DNA from: Nitrospirota bacterium
GTDB lineage: Bacteria; Nitrospirota; UBA9217
Direction: 5' to 3'
DNA: 64,000 bases
Assembly: GCA_963741205.1 (NCBI GenBank)
Contig: CAVUHW010000014.1
Location: 1-64,000 of the forward strand
This document shows, in pieces, positions 20,879-32,333 of the stretch (the stretch's first letter is position 1; each line of letters begins with the position of its first letter). The notes under the pieces are model-generated. The model worked only from the letters and a program-made list of their open reading frames with translations, made no database searches and was not told the origin of the DNA. A program made the translations under genes and the position numbers.

Positions 20879-22326
20879 CTATCGGAACATCGTGTACCGC
20901 CACACGTGCAGCAGAATCTGCAGGACCAGCCCCGTGATCATAAACGGGATCAGTATCTTATAAAGCAGTCTGATCAGGAATACGATCGGCGCATTGGCGA
21001 GGGTCGGTTCATAGTGGGAGAGCCACGCGTCGGGAAACTCCTCCGTGGCGCCCGCATGGCACTGCCGGCACTTCTTGACGAGGCGCTCCTTCACCATATT
21101 CGTGCCGGGCCCCTTCGTCGTGGTTATATCGTGCACACCATGGCAGTCAACACATGTGGCAATGGACCGTCTCGTCATAGTGGAACGCATGTCTGTCTGC
21201 TGCTGGTACAGCTTGAGCGTTACGCCATGAAAATCCTCGAGATAGGAATTAACCACCCCGGCGATAAAGTCCATATTTTTCCATAAGGTTCTTGTTCGCA
21301 TGACACTGCCCGCATATCTCCGGCACCTTTTCGCGGTAGTCCAGCCTCCGGGCGTCCTGAATCGAATGCGCGGAATGGCAATCGATGCAGACCGGGACAT
21401 CAGCATTTTTCCCCGTCATCAAAGCCTTGCCGTGGACGCTCGATACATAGGTGCGGTAAACGGTCTCATGGCATTTTTGGCATTTGTTGGCGCTTCCCAC
21501 TTTGTCTCCCTGCGCTCGGGCAACCGAATGCGCGCCGTGGCAATCGGTGCAGACCGGCGCGTCAAGCCTGCCTTGACTGAGAACGGCATAATGGATGCTG
21601 TCGAGGGTCTTGGCATATTTGTCGAAGTGGCAGCGCCTGCACATATCGGCGCTGGCCAAGGAAAATTCCCGTATGCTCCGGAAATTTCTCGCCGGATGCA
21701 AGACGGAAGAAAAACCGAAATGGCAATCGAAACAGCTCAGTTTGGCATGCACCGAGGCATTGAGCGCCTCCGGATCCACCTTAAGCGAGGCTTTCTCACT
21801 GTTTTTCATCACCATGGTTAGCTCATGAGTGTGACAACGGAGGCAGTACTGCTTTTCACCCGCGACCGTATTCCCGCCTGCCACAGCCGTAATGGCATGG
21901 GCGCCGTGACAATGGGTGCAGACCGGCGCACTGCTCTCTTTCAGCAGCAAAGGAGCATGAACCGGCCGTTCTTTCAGCATATCATCGGTATGGCATTGTC
22001 TGCACGCCGAAGCGGCTTGCGTCGCATAGTCCTCTTTTGTTTTGAAGGTCCGCTTTGGGTGTTCATTTGCGCTGAATTCCGGATGACATGCCGAGCAACC
22101 GAGAGACGCATGAACGGAAGCCTTGAACCCGTCAGTCCCCACATATGCTTCCACGGATCTCTTCGTTCTGAAATGACACCTTCAGCCCGTGTTGCGCATG
22201 GCAGACAAGGCAGGAGAGCGTCTCATCCGAGAGTGACTGGCCAGTCGCTGTTCCTCTTCCAGGGTGAGTCAGAAGAAAAAAACAGCTTATCATGAGCACG
22301 AACACTTTTTTCTCCCGCTTCCACAT
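20879..22326 (-). CDS. Membrane-anchored multiheme cytochrome c (13 CxxCH; two frameshifts)
   Basis: Pieces 22132-22326 (signal peptide, CLVCH), 21249-22154 (10 CxxCH), 20879-21406 (2 CxxCH plus C-terminal TM). Confidence 0.85.
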
Positions 22327-22471
22327 TGAACACCTCTCTTCATTTCAGGACCCGTTGCATCAGTGGGCATCGGCGGGGCGGATTCGGGGTTCCCGCCGAC
22401 GCGCGGCATCACGTTCGCATCAGCAGTACTACGTAAGTCATTTCGGATCCTTCGATTAAGCTGCATCCTTT

Positions 22472-22828
22472 TCACTTCTTTACCTTTTCCGTTTTCTCGC
22501 AAGATATGCTTGGATCGGCCTCCATCCGAAAAAGGCTCTCTTTACCGTCGACATCAGCCATTCGGTGGACGGGCCTTTTCCCCGCATTGGCAATTTTCTT
22601 GCCCACGAAACTTATCGTCATGGCAATGCCTGCGAAGGGCAGGAAAATCGCATAGACCAACCCCAGAACCGGTCCGAATAAAAGCATGACGGCGCTCGGC
22701 GCCTTGATGTACCTTGTCGATCTTTCACCCGGAAGGATGTCTTGCCCTTCCATCACAACCCTTTCGCCTGTCTGAATATCCCAGTAGGTTCCTGGCCCTG
22801 CTTTTTGTTCACCTTTCCATATCAACAT
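22472..22828 (-). CDS. Small membrane protein heading the cytochrome operon (3' end uncertain)
   Basis: GGAGG RBS; MLIWKGEQKAGPGTYWD..., TM GPVLGLVYAIFLPFAGI. Confidence 0.65.
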   Translation of the reverse strand: MLIWKGEQKAGPGTYWDIQTGERVVMEGQDILPGERSTRYIKAPSAVMLLFGPVLGLVYAIFLPFAGIAMTISFVGKKIANAGKRPVHRMADVDGKESLFRMEADPSISCEKTEKVKK

Positions 22829-23142
22829 TTGAGTCACCTCCCTTTCTGTGAGACGTTCCGTCCTTTTCAGCTTCACGACCTTTCAGTATTCAAGGTAACA
22901 GAGAACAAGAAAAAAGTATATTGTATGCAGTTCCCATGAGGAAAAGAATATCGTCCCAGGGATAGAGATTATTGTTTCTATAAGCACTTTATTTTGATCG
23001 TAGTGGTGAAGGGGTATTGTTCCGATGAAAGGGGGGTTTATGTTCCTAATACTTTAGTTTTATAATCTCATCAGGAAACACTCGGGATTGGGATATAAGA
23101 GCCCAGAGCAGTACGAAAAGAGCCTAAATGCAACTTAACTCG

Positions 23143-23168
23143 GTGTCCACTTTTTCGGGGGAAGATCA
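23143..23168 (-). mobile_element. Orphan IS3-family-like terminal inverted repeat
   Basis: Reverse complement TGATCTTCCCCCGAAAAAGTGGACAC; no partner end seen. Confidence 0.5.
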
Positions 23169-23179
23169 GGTTGTAGTGT

Positions 23180-23272
23180 GCAGAATGTATTGCATCAGCC
23201 GCGCCGACAGAGGGCAAACTACTGAAAACAAAAAGCGCTTATTCGGCGGCGGACTGGATGCGTTCGTTATGT
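23180..23272 (-). other. Integron attC site with degenerate R' box
   Basis: Minus strand ACATAAC-gaac-GCATCCAGTCCGCCGCCGA...TCGGCGCGGCTGATGC-aatac-ATTCTGC; 14 nt after stop of upstream gene. Confidence 0.7.
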
Positions 23273-23286
23273 TTGTCTGCATGTTT

Positions 23287-25632
23287 CTAATCAGTTTCGT
23301 TATATTTAGAGCAACCGGTGAATGTGGCTAGATCGGCACTGAGGTACATGCAGAATTTTGTCCAATGGGATTGATTGAAAATATCCTCATAAGTGATGAA
23401 ACCGAACATATAGAGGACCTTCACCGTGAACTGGACTTTCAGCCGATTTGAGATACACTATCTCGAACGGAGGAAAGTTCATGCGAAAGATGCGACACAA
23501 TTACACGCCCGAGGAGAAGGTCGCCATACTCAAGCTTCACTTAGTTGAACAGGTCCCTGTATCGGATTTGTGCGACAAGTACAACCTGCAGCCGACGGTC
23601 TTCTACCATTGGCAGAAGCAATTCTTCGAAAATGGCACAGCAGCCTTTATCCAGGGCAAGGATCCAAAACGCAAAGAAACACAGCGCATCGAGCAGTTGG
23701 AAGATAAGCTTCGGCGCAAACACGAGGTGCTCTCAGAGCTGATGGAGGAGCACGTTAAGCTAAAAAAAGAACTTGGGGAGCTTTAACCGGCGTTTGGGTT
23801 CCCCATGATACCAGAGACGCCATCGTTGACTTCACCCGTGAATGGAGCGATAAAGCCGGCATCCCGATCAATCGGTTCGTCAGTTGGCTTGCTGTCGGCA
23901 AGAGCAAGTTCTACACCTGGATCGATCGCTACGGCAAAGCCAATGAGCATAACGCCCCCATCCCTCGTGATTTCTGGCTGGAAGAGTGGGAACGGGAGGC
24001 CATCATTGGTTTTTATCACGATGATCCCCTTGAGGGCTACCGACGGCTCACCTTCATGATGCTCGATCGGGATATCGTTGCCGTAAGCCTACCAGCACAT
24101 GGCGCATTTTATCCGAGGCTGGGCTTATGGATCGGTGGAACAAGAAAATCAGCAAAAAGGGAACGGGCTTTGTTCAGCCCCTTCGGCCCCACGAGCATTG
24201 GCACGTGGATATCTCGTATCTCAACATCTGTGGCACGTTTTATTATCTCTGCAGCCTTCTCGACGGGTGCAGCCGCTATATCGTTCACTGGGAGATCCGT
24301 GAACAGATGCTGGAAGCTGATGTGGAAATCATCATCGAGCGGGCCAAGGAAAAGTTTCCGGAAGCAAGACCCCGGATCATCTCGGACAACGGCCGCAGTT
24401 CATTGCCAAGGATTTAAAGAGTTTATCCGGCTGTCGGAATGACGCATGTTCGGACGTCGCCTACTATCGCAGCGAACGGCAAACTGGAACGTTTCACAAA
24501 ACGCTCAAAGGAGAATGTATCCGCCAAAGACGCCACTTTCCCTTGACGATGCCAGGAGACTGTGGCAGAGTACATTGAACCTGCCACACCGTTCGGCTTC
24601 ATAGTGCCATCGGCTATATTGCCCGGTGGACAAGCTGAACGGCGAGAGAACGAGATTCAAAGAACGGGATCAAAAGCTTGAAGCTGCCGGGAACAACGAA
24701 GAATCAAAAGGCAACAGACTTATCAAATAATCAACAGCTCTGATGGAACTGACTGCCTTAACTCAAGTGGCTGAAAGACTTTTACCGTTGGCAAGGTCAT
24801 CAATGTCAGCTTTAGAAAAAGGTTTCACAGACACATCTCCGGTGCTAACCATCGAATCATCTGAAGTCTCTACCTGAACATCTGGGAATTTGACATACAA
24901 ACTATTAAGAGATGACAAGAGCATCAGTTGCGTCCCTGGCTGCATCACTAAATTACTATGTTGAATCGCTGATATTGTCGATCTCAAACTTTGGAGTAAG
25001 TTCTTCATCATCCTTAAGAGTAAGCAACGAAACAACACCACGGAGTTTGCGAGCCGGAGTCTTGCCGCTATTGACTATAAGTACTCCACATTTCGGCGGT
25101 TGCCCCTCCTTGACGTAACGATTTTTACCTCCCTCCATGTAGACCGCGCCGACGGCTTGCATGGTACCTACCCAAGCTCGATGCTCAACTCTAAAGTTTT
25201 TAATGGTATCATTCAAAGCAGCATTGCCTTGCTTCACCGTTTCTTTCATGGAATCAGCACTGTCCTGAAAAGCCCTTGTTTGTTTTTGGATTTCTACGAG
25301 CAAAGCATCCTTATTAAAGTCGAACATATCTTTTGAGATTTTCGCGGCAACTTCGGCAGCATCAGCACTCTTTTTAGTGGCTTCGGTAGCTTCATGCATC
25401 TTGAAGCTTTGGTATCCGGCGAAGGTAGTATAGAAGATAATGACAATGAGTGTAGCTACGTCAATACGAAATCGCTTCCTTTCTGGATAATTTTTCTGAT
25501 TCGGACATTCTCTATAACAGATTGTGGAATTTCAAGTTCGGCTCTGAACGGGGGGGGTTGCCGTTGATTTTCAGTGGCATTGGATTCCTGATGTTCGGTT
25601 TTTTGAGGTTCTATCTGTCGATCATTTGTCAT
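23287..25632 (-). pseudogene. Hypothetical membrane-anchored cassette gene split by IS3 element, frameshifted
   Basis: N-part 25632-24781 (EATEATKKSADAAEVAA, RAWVG, VNSGKTPA); C-part beyond IS reads LYMFGFITYEDIFNQSHWTKFC...CSKYNETD*. Confidence 0.6.
23432..24780 (+). mobile_element. IS3-family insertion sequence (orfA 23481-23786; orfB frameshifted)
   Basis: IRL tggactttcagccgatttgag vs IRR ctcaagtggctgaaagact; HTH orfA; A7G slippery site 23762-23769; WHVDISY, ISDNG. Confidence 0.88.
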
Positions 25633-25678
25633 TTTGGATAATGCGGCTCCTCTTGGTTTAGTGTGATTTTACTCTTAA

Positions 25679-25710
25679 ACATAACCAATTATTAGCTAGT
25701 TCAGAACTAC
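25679..25710 (-). other. Cassette start GTTATGT preceded by a possible attI-like site
   Basis: Minus strand AGTTCTGAACTAGCTAATAATTG-GTTATGT; GTTATGT is the exact complement of R'' ACATAAC at 23266-23272. Confidence 0.45.
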
Positions 25711-26055
25711 TCAACATGCGGATCGTGTATGTTATCGAGTTTCGCCATCAGTATGCCAAACCATTCACAACCTACAGCATAAATATATGCTTGATTCAGG
25801 ATGATGTCAATAACGGGGCAGCGGTATTTCGTAGGAATGCATTAACAAATACGATGTGAAGTCGTGGTTGTTGCGAGAAATCAGAACTCCAATGTTTCAG
25901 GATGCAGGACTGGACGAAAGTTATGACTGGCAATTGTGATTCTTCTGCCCCACCACAAAATTTCCGGTCATTCACTTGTACTGACCCCAGCTATGATGCC
26001 AAAAATACTGACGATTATTGATTTAATGTCAATACGGTCCGTGGCCTGCGGCACT

Positions 26056-26951
26056 TCAAAACCCGGCGTTCATAATTGGGAAAAAGAAAAGTCCTGACTT
26101 CGGGAATCTGCTTGTCACAACATTAACTAAACCTATTTGTATGCCTTTTAGCGTATTGCAAACATTCAAGAATCCTATCTGACTACCTGCCACCTCATGG
26201 GCGTAATTGATCCCCCCAACTGAACGCCATTCACGACGCCCGACCCCCCAACCCTTGACTGCACCCGAGCTTGCGATATTCAGTGCTCCACCTTGAATCC
26301 CGTGCACTCCCTTTGCTGTATTTAAAATGCCGAGCTGAGCGCCATATAGCAAGCCCGTCATATTTCCAGGGGCGACCTGTAAGCCGTTTATCTCACCGGC
26401 GCTATTGGAAGGGACGATGTTAATGCTGATCTGGATACCATTGACTATGTACGCCACATTAAATAACCCGATTTGAATTCCGGTGACTTCATCAGAAATA
26501 TTACCGAGGCCCGCGGCCTGAACACCTGTAAAAGAAGCGTGGCCAACCTTATGCCCAAGAAGGTCCGTCTGCCCACCCCCATTAATGAGACCAATTTGAA
26601 GCCCCCACGAGTCTCTTTCAGACGTTCGCGGGCCCCGATTAATTCCGCCGATCTGAATGCCTTGCACTGAATCCGCACCGTTCGCAAGACCAATATCTAT
26701 TCCCTGCACCGCATTATTGTCCCCCCATATCAGGTCCAGACGAACGCCGCAAATGGTTTTATCCTTTGGGATGAGTTGAACAGGAGAATATAAACTCATC
26801 TGAAGAGGATAACATTCCGCGGCAAGAGGCGACGCTGAAAATAAAATTATGGCTAAGCATAGCATGCTTGGGAAGATGATATTTCCATCAGCTTTTCTTG
26901 ATGGAATTGATTGCCGCCAAGTGATATATCTTGCCATCAAATGAGCTCTCA
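26056..26951 (-). CDS. LA_2272-like surface repeat protein (start uncertain)
   Basis: PLQMSLYSPVQL, GVRLDLIWG, many GxQxGxxN repeats, C-terminal FFPIMNAGF. Confidence 0.7.
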
Positions 26952-27429
26952 TGTTGGACTCGAACGAACAAACCTTATGCAAATAATACAATATGTACTA
27001 TACAATTTCCAAAAAATGTACCCGACGTAGGAGGAAGTACTATTCATATAGTTCGAGCTTGGTATGGCTCCCTATGCTGGACTCGAATGGGTATATTAAA
27101 TTCGAAATGAAGTTCTCGTTTCTGAGACCTGATGTTGACGTTTAGTTCAGGATGCATCAAACGAAGAATGTTACAACAGGAAATAAATACTCGCTGGTCA
27201 CGCGACCAAATCGCCCTTCTCGAAATAATGCTAAGATACTTATCTATGCTTCCGGAATCTTTGGCAGTCGATTTAGAGAAGGAACGAACCGATGATGATT
27301 GAAAGGATCTTGTCGATTTCAGCTTCGAATGTTCCGACAGCAACGGCTTACGCGAAATGAAGTATTCACGCTGTGAAGAGGTGCAACTAATCAATGTTTC
27401 AGGATAAACAACTCGATTGAGTGATGTCA

Positions 27430-28074
27430 TTACCAAACACAAGGAAGAATCATCTTCACGCTCGTGCGATACGATTCATACTCCGCCCCGAATGCTTCTT
27501 TCAGTACGTTCTCTTCACGAAGGATACGCCTCACGAACGCGAAGGGCAGGATGATCGCGGCCACTCCTGCCGAGAACCAACTGTGCAGAAATACCGTCGT
27601 GAACACATACATTAGGAACGCACCCAGGTAACTCGGGTGTCGTATTACAGCGTAAGGACCACTTCGGATAATTCTGTGGCCTTTTTCGACCGAAATATGC
27701 ATGGTAAAGAAATTACCGAGCGAAAAGACTGCCCAGGTTCTCAAAGCAAGCCCCAGGGCTGCTATAACCAGGGCAATCACCGATATCGCGTCCCATTCTA
27801 CGCTCCTGGGATACCGCAGATATGCGGCTTCGAGAATTGCAGCAAGTTGGGTGGCGTAGACCGACCAGATGATCTGGGCGCCCGTCCCACTATCCCCCGC
27901 ACTCAAGGCAATGGTAAATGGATTGTAGCCGGGCTGAAGGATCGACGAAACAATGCCGATAGCCATGAGGATCCAGAGGTGCGGTGCGCGAAGGATGTCT
28001 ATGTTCCCCAGGACCGGCAGAATCACCAGCATTGCCGAAATAATGACCCCGAGAATCAATCTCTTCAGTATCAT
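27430..28074 (-). CDS. Isoprenylcysteine carboxylmethyltransferase (ICMT/PEMT) family membrane protein
   Basis: LGNFFT, HRIIRSGPYAVIRHPSYLG, RILREENVL, FGAEYESY. Confidence 0.85.
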   Translation of the reverse strand: MILKRLILGVIISAMLVILPVLGNIDILRAPHLWILMAIGIVSSILQPGYNPFTIALSAGDSGTGAQIIWSVYATQLAAILEAAYLRYPRSVEWDAISVIALVIAALGLALRTWAVFSLGNFFTMHISVEKGHRIIRSGPYAVIRHPSYLGAFLMYVFTTVFLHSWFSAGVAAIILPFAFVRRILREENVLKEAFGAEYESYRTSVKMILPCVW

Positions 28075-28081
28075 AGACGCC

Positions 28082-29761
28082 TCACATTTCGATCGTGTCT
28101 TGCAGGTGCTTTGCATCCAGTTTCGTGATTTCCGGGGCTGTTAAACGCCACTTATATTGGATATCTCTACGCCCGGTTTCCAGAAAATGCCTGCGCACTG
28201 TCTCCTCCCAGGATGGGGCCATCACATGAATGCAGGGCGGCAGGAGGCGCTTCGACTTTCTCTTCGAGTCATACTCGATGTTCATTTCACAAAGCGCTTT
28301 GTCGATGAAAGGAAGGACCGCGTCTTTCAGGTAACCTTTCGATAGTCCCGGCTCGAAGTAGATAAGAATCGCATAGCGTACCTTCTTGAAGTCGGGCACA
28401 ACCCGAAACTGTCTCACCGTCACGTTCAGTTCTGCTTGCAGCCTCCGAAACGCCTCGATCAGATGGTTTACGTGAACCTTCTCGCCGGTGATATTGAGCA
28501 CATCGTCGCCCTTCCGCACGAAAGCCACGACCGGGGTCTCCTTGTAGAAACCACGGACTTCAATGACGTCATCGATGTTGTAGCGGTATAACCCGTTCCA
28601 ATTGGTCAGGATGATCTTGTATCGTGTTCCCAACTCAAGCTCGTGGCATCGAAGCACCGGTCCGCCCGGTATTCCGCTCTCTCCTTCAGGAATGAACTCG
28701 AAGTAGTTGTTGAAGATGGCCAACACACCGGCGGGCGTATTATCCTCGCAAGGCAGCGTCATGGAGCCCTCGCTGGCCAGGTATCCGATGTCTCTCGTCG
28801 GGACGTCATCCCCATAGTAGGGGGAAAGCTTTTCTGCCTGGAAACCGACGCTCCCCCCGAGCCAGCACCCGATAAGTTTCAGATGCTTCCAGCAGGCGCG
28901 CGGTAGAAGCTTCCCGTGCCGGCGGATGACTGTATCGAGGAAGCGGGCTCTAGGCCTGTCCGGTATCAGGGAAGCGCTTATGGCTTTCAGGATGCCGGCA
29001 TCCCCGCTGCTGCTGTCGAGGGGCCATGTTCGGGATATCGAGCCGTCATGGATCGATCTGACGATTTCGTCCTGGTGGCAAATGGCGGTTTCGGCGACCC
29101 GGATCAGCGTTGTCGGATTTGGGGTAACTATGAAGGAAACCTCCCGGGAGAGGGCGAGAATGGCCGTCAGGTAATATCGCAGGTCGTAGTCCTTGATCTT
29201 CGCTAACATGAAAGGCAGCACGAATGAACGGCGCAGTATACGCGGCAGCCCCTCGTACATCATTCCTGAGGCGCTGCCATAGGGGATCCCGGAAGGCGTT
29301 GTTCCCTCCGTGGAGGCGCCTGAGATGAGGCAGATCGAATGGTCCAGATAGGACGGATGGGACAGCAGTGCCCGGCTAAGCCACTGATAGGAAAGCCGGT
29401 CCGCCGTGTCCCGCCCTTGCCGCGTGATCGGCAGAAACTTCGGGCTGCCGCTTGTCCCGCTCGTAACGCAGAACATCAATGGTGGGTCCGCTGTCAGTAT
29501 ATCCTTCTGCCCGTTCTTCATCTTCTCGACATAGGGCGAAAGATCGGAAAACGCATTCACCGGCACAGCCGTTGCGAAAGAATCTCCATCGTTCACCCGT
29601 GAAAAGCCATATTTCCGGCCGTATTCGGTGGCCTGATTGTGCTTGACGATGTTCAGGAGCAGCTTCGCCTGGGCCCGGCGCGGGTCCTTTGCGGCTTGAT
29701 CAAAAGTCCGCATAATGGCATGGCCCCTGAGCCGTATGAGAGTTTTCAGCAACATCCCCAT
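28082..29761 (-). CDS. GH3-family acyl-acid amido synthetase
   Basis: TEYGRKYGF, TSGTSGSPKFLP, YLASEG, NYFEFIP, GLYRYNIDD, GEKV. Confidence 0.88.
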   Translation of the reverse strand: MGMLLKTLIRLRGHAIMRTFDQAAKDPRRAQAKLLLNIVKHNQATEYGRKYGFSRVNDGDSFATAVPVNAFSDLSPYVEKMKNGQKDILTADPPLMFCVTSGTSGSPKFLPITRQGRDTADRLSYQWLSRALLSHPSYLDHSICLISGASTEGTTPSGIPYGSASGMMYEGLPRILRRSFVLPFMLAKIKDYDLRYYLTAILALSREVSFIVTPNPTTLIRVAETAICHQDEIVRSIHDGSISRTWPLDSSSGDAGILKAISASLIPDRPRARFLDTVIRRHGKLLPRACWKHLKLIGCWLGGSVGFQAEKLSPYYGDDVPTRDIGYLASEGSMTLPCEDNTPAGVLAIFNNYFEFIPEGESGIPGGPVLRCHELELGTRYKIILTNWNGLYRYNIDDVIEVRGFYKETPVVAFVRKGDDVLNITGEKVHVNHLIEAFRRLQAELNVTVRQFRVVPDFKKVRYAILIYFEPGLSKGYLKDAVLPFIDKALCEMNIEYDSKRKSKRLLPPCIHVMAPSWEETVRRHFLETGRRDIQYKWRLTAPEITKLDAKHLQDTIEM

Positions 29762-29771
29762 TCATGCTCCC

Positions 29772-30914
29772 CTATCTTAGGGAAATGACCTCGGTTGCAT
29801 GCCTCCGGAGCACATCTTCCCTGACGTCAATCCCGAGACCTGGCCCGGTCAATACCGGCGCTTTCCCGCCGTATCCGAAAGCCACCGCTTCTTGAGCGAT
29901 GTCCTCAATAAGAAGGTGTGTGCCGTAGGAACCCTCGACGAACCGCACCTCGCCTAAAGAGGCAGCCACATGACGACCTGCGGCCGAAAGGATCGCGGTC
30001 TCTCCGACCTGGCAGCCGAGTTGGATGCCGACGCCGGCCGACTCCGCGAGCTTGGCGATGGCGAGCGTGTTGTAGAGCCCGCCGCATTTCGAGATCCGGA
30101 GATTGAAAAAATCGCATGCCTTCGCGGCGATCAGTTCCTCAGCATCTCGAAGTGTTACCAGGGATTCGTCAACCATCACCGGCACGGGAGTGCTTGCCCG
30201 GAGCGCTGCCAGCTCCACTGGGTCTCCCCGGGGGATGGGCTGCTCAATGCATTCCACATCATATTCTGCAGCGGCAGCGAGGAAGCGTACTGCCGCATCC
30301 CGGCCGAACGCGCCGTTCGCGTCCAGCCGCAGAGATACATCAGGCCCCATGATCTCTCTCACGAGGCAGACTAGTTCGATGTCTTCAGGCCTGGTTACCT
30401 TGATCTTGATACTACGGAACCCGCGTGCCATGAAGCGCTGCGCAATCTTCTCGATCCTGCCAACCGGGCCCGATGTAATGACGCCGGAATAGGTGACTTG
30501 CTGACTTTTGGGGGTCAGCACTGCCGCGAGGGACAAGCCGGCCGCTCGCAAAAGACAGTCGATCATCGCCAATTCAACCGCGCAACGGGAAGCGTGCTGT
30601 ATGACTGCACGCCCGGTATTCGCTCGGGGAAACAGTCCGTTCACAAAAGACATAACATGGGGGACTTCCGGGACATTCAGATCAGTCCCCAGGAACGCGG
30701 GTAGCAGTACATCCCGAACGTGCCCTATACTTGTCTCCCTCGTCTCGCCCGTAACGTAAGGGCGGGGAACTCCCTCTCCGAACCCCGATATCCCTGAATC
30801 CGTGGTGACCTTCACGATAACCGAGCCAGAGCGATCGCGCCGGGCCAGACTATGGCTAAAGGCTTCGACGAAGGGGATATCGAGGGCGTAGATGTCTGCT
30901 GAAGCGATCTTCAC
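29772..30914 (-). CDS. Enolase superfamily, MLE-subgroup enzyme
   Basis: GFGEGVPRPYVTGET, KIK, LRLDANG, IEQP, VDES, NLRISKCGG; GTG start. Confidence 0.85.
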   Translation of the reverse strand: MKIASADIYALDIPFVEAFSHSLARRDRSGSVIVKVTTDSGISGFGEGVPRPYVTGETRETSIGHVRDVLLPAFLGTDLNVPEVPHVMSFVNGLFPRANTGRAVIQHASRCAVELAMIDCLLRAAGLSLAAVLTPKSQQVTYSGVITSGPVGRIEKIAQRFMARGFRSIKIKVTRPEDIELVCLVREIMGPDVSLRLDANGAFGRDAAVRFLAAAAEYDVECIEQPIPRGDPVELAALRASTPVPVMVDESLVTLRDAEELIAAKACDFFNLRISKCGGLYNTLAIAKLAESAGVGIQLGCQVGETAILSAAGRHVAASLGEVRFVEGSYGTHLLIEDIAQEAVAFGYGGKAPVLTGPGLGIDVREDVLRRHATEVISLR

Positions 30915-30934
30915 GGTCTGACCTCTGCGTTATT

Positions 30935-32273
30935 TCACCAGGCTGTATCGCCCGAAACAAGCATGTGATTGGAACACATATGATAGCAGCCGCAATCCCG
31001 GACGTAATCGGCCTGACCGCTTTCCATGTCCACTACCTGGAATGTCTTCGTCGTCTGCACAAAAAGCTTCGTCCCATCCGGCGAGGGGGCGATCGTTCCG
31101 ATCATGGCCGGGTTCGCGGGATTCACTCTCGCTGCGGCCGGGAAGTCGCTCACCTTAATCTTCCGGATGAAGCGCATGTCTACGGCGTCGACAAGGAACA
31201 CCTCGTCCGGGAAGCCCATGGCTGCTATCACTTTGCGCCCCCCATGGTTGAAAACGTGCATATTCGTAAGCCGGTAGAAATCAGGTTGGGTGAACACGCC
31301 GATCTCGCGGGGGCCCTCCGGGGCCAGGCGATACTTGAAGATCGAGGCAGGACCGCGGAATTTCACATTATAGGAAGCCTTCTTCATGAGTTTGAAAAGA
31401 CCGGAGTGCTCGAACTGGAAGTTATGATTGGAGAAGTAGATTACATGCGGGTCTTCGGGGTCGAACTGAGCATGGGCCGCGACGATGAAGCGGTCCAGCC
31501 TCCATTGCCGCGCCTTCTCATCGAGGTCGATGATCAGTACTCTCGATGGGACGATGTTGTTGTCCTCGTCCAGATACATCCCCAGCTCACACGCGACGCA
31601 GTACCTCCGGTCCCTGCTGACGGCTGATCTCATGCAGGTAGTCGGACAAGTCGCCGCTCCATATCTCGTCCGCCGCGCTCGAATCGATCTTCTGTTTGTA
31701 GATCCTGGAGAAAACCGGCCGTGACAAATCCCCTATCCTTTTGAATGAATCCGGCAGCGAATAGGACATGGCATAGAGTTCACGGGTTTCACGGTCGAAC
31801 CACTGCTGGGAACCCAGGACATGGTCCCCCTCTGTGTCGTCAAGAGTGTGATAAGTGACGCTCTTCATACGGCAATCCACCTCGAGAAATCCAGCGTAGG
31901 ACCACAGGCTGATAATGTAGCGGCCCTCTCCGATGTCGGTTGCCGTATGGGGGATGGTCATAAGCATGATCTGTTCGAGGAAACTGAAGCCATAGTGGTA
32001 TCGGCGGGAGATGCAGTGGAGCGTGGAAGGAGTACGTTCATGCACCGAGAGCGCCCTCTTGAACCGTTTATACCCCGGCAGGATGATATCCCTGTGACGG
32101 ATGCTTACGCGGAAACCCTTTGACGCCTGGAAGTTCATGAAGTAATAGGCGTGCTCCCCATATTTCAGCTTCCACGTGCTCCTAACTGTCGGAACTACCA
32201 CGGTGGCGTCCATGGCGGTGGCTACAGGGAGCGAAAACTCCTCGATTCTCGCTGGGATCGTTATGGTCCGCAT
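30935..32273 (-). CDS. Hypothetical ~445-aa protein, probable beta-propeller (frameshift near 31630)
   Basis: Overlapping ORFs 31587-32315 and 30935-31633; AHAQFDPEDPHVIYFSNHN, IAPSPDGTKLFV. Confidence 0.6.
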
Positions 32274-32333
32274 GGCCTCGTCTCCTTTCCTCTCCCCGGT
32301 CTGGCGCTCACACACTGAAAAACCGCGCGGCTT

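Noticed and set aside
23200-23260. c-di-GMP-I riboswitch suggested by GGGCAAAC
   Set aside because: No GAAA-tetraloop P2 stem or GCAAAGCC segment; better explained as the attC loop.
27044-27442. 132-aa minus-strand ORF (and a stop-interrupted plus-strand frame)
   Set aside because: No RBS or recognisable motif; at most an unidentifiable remnant.
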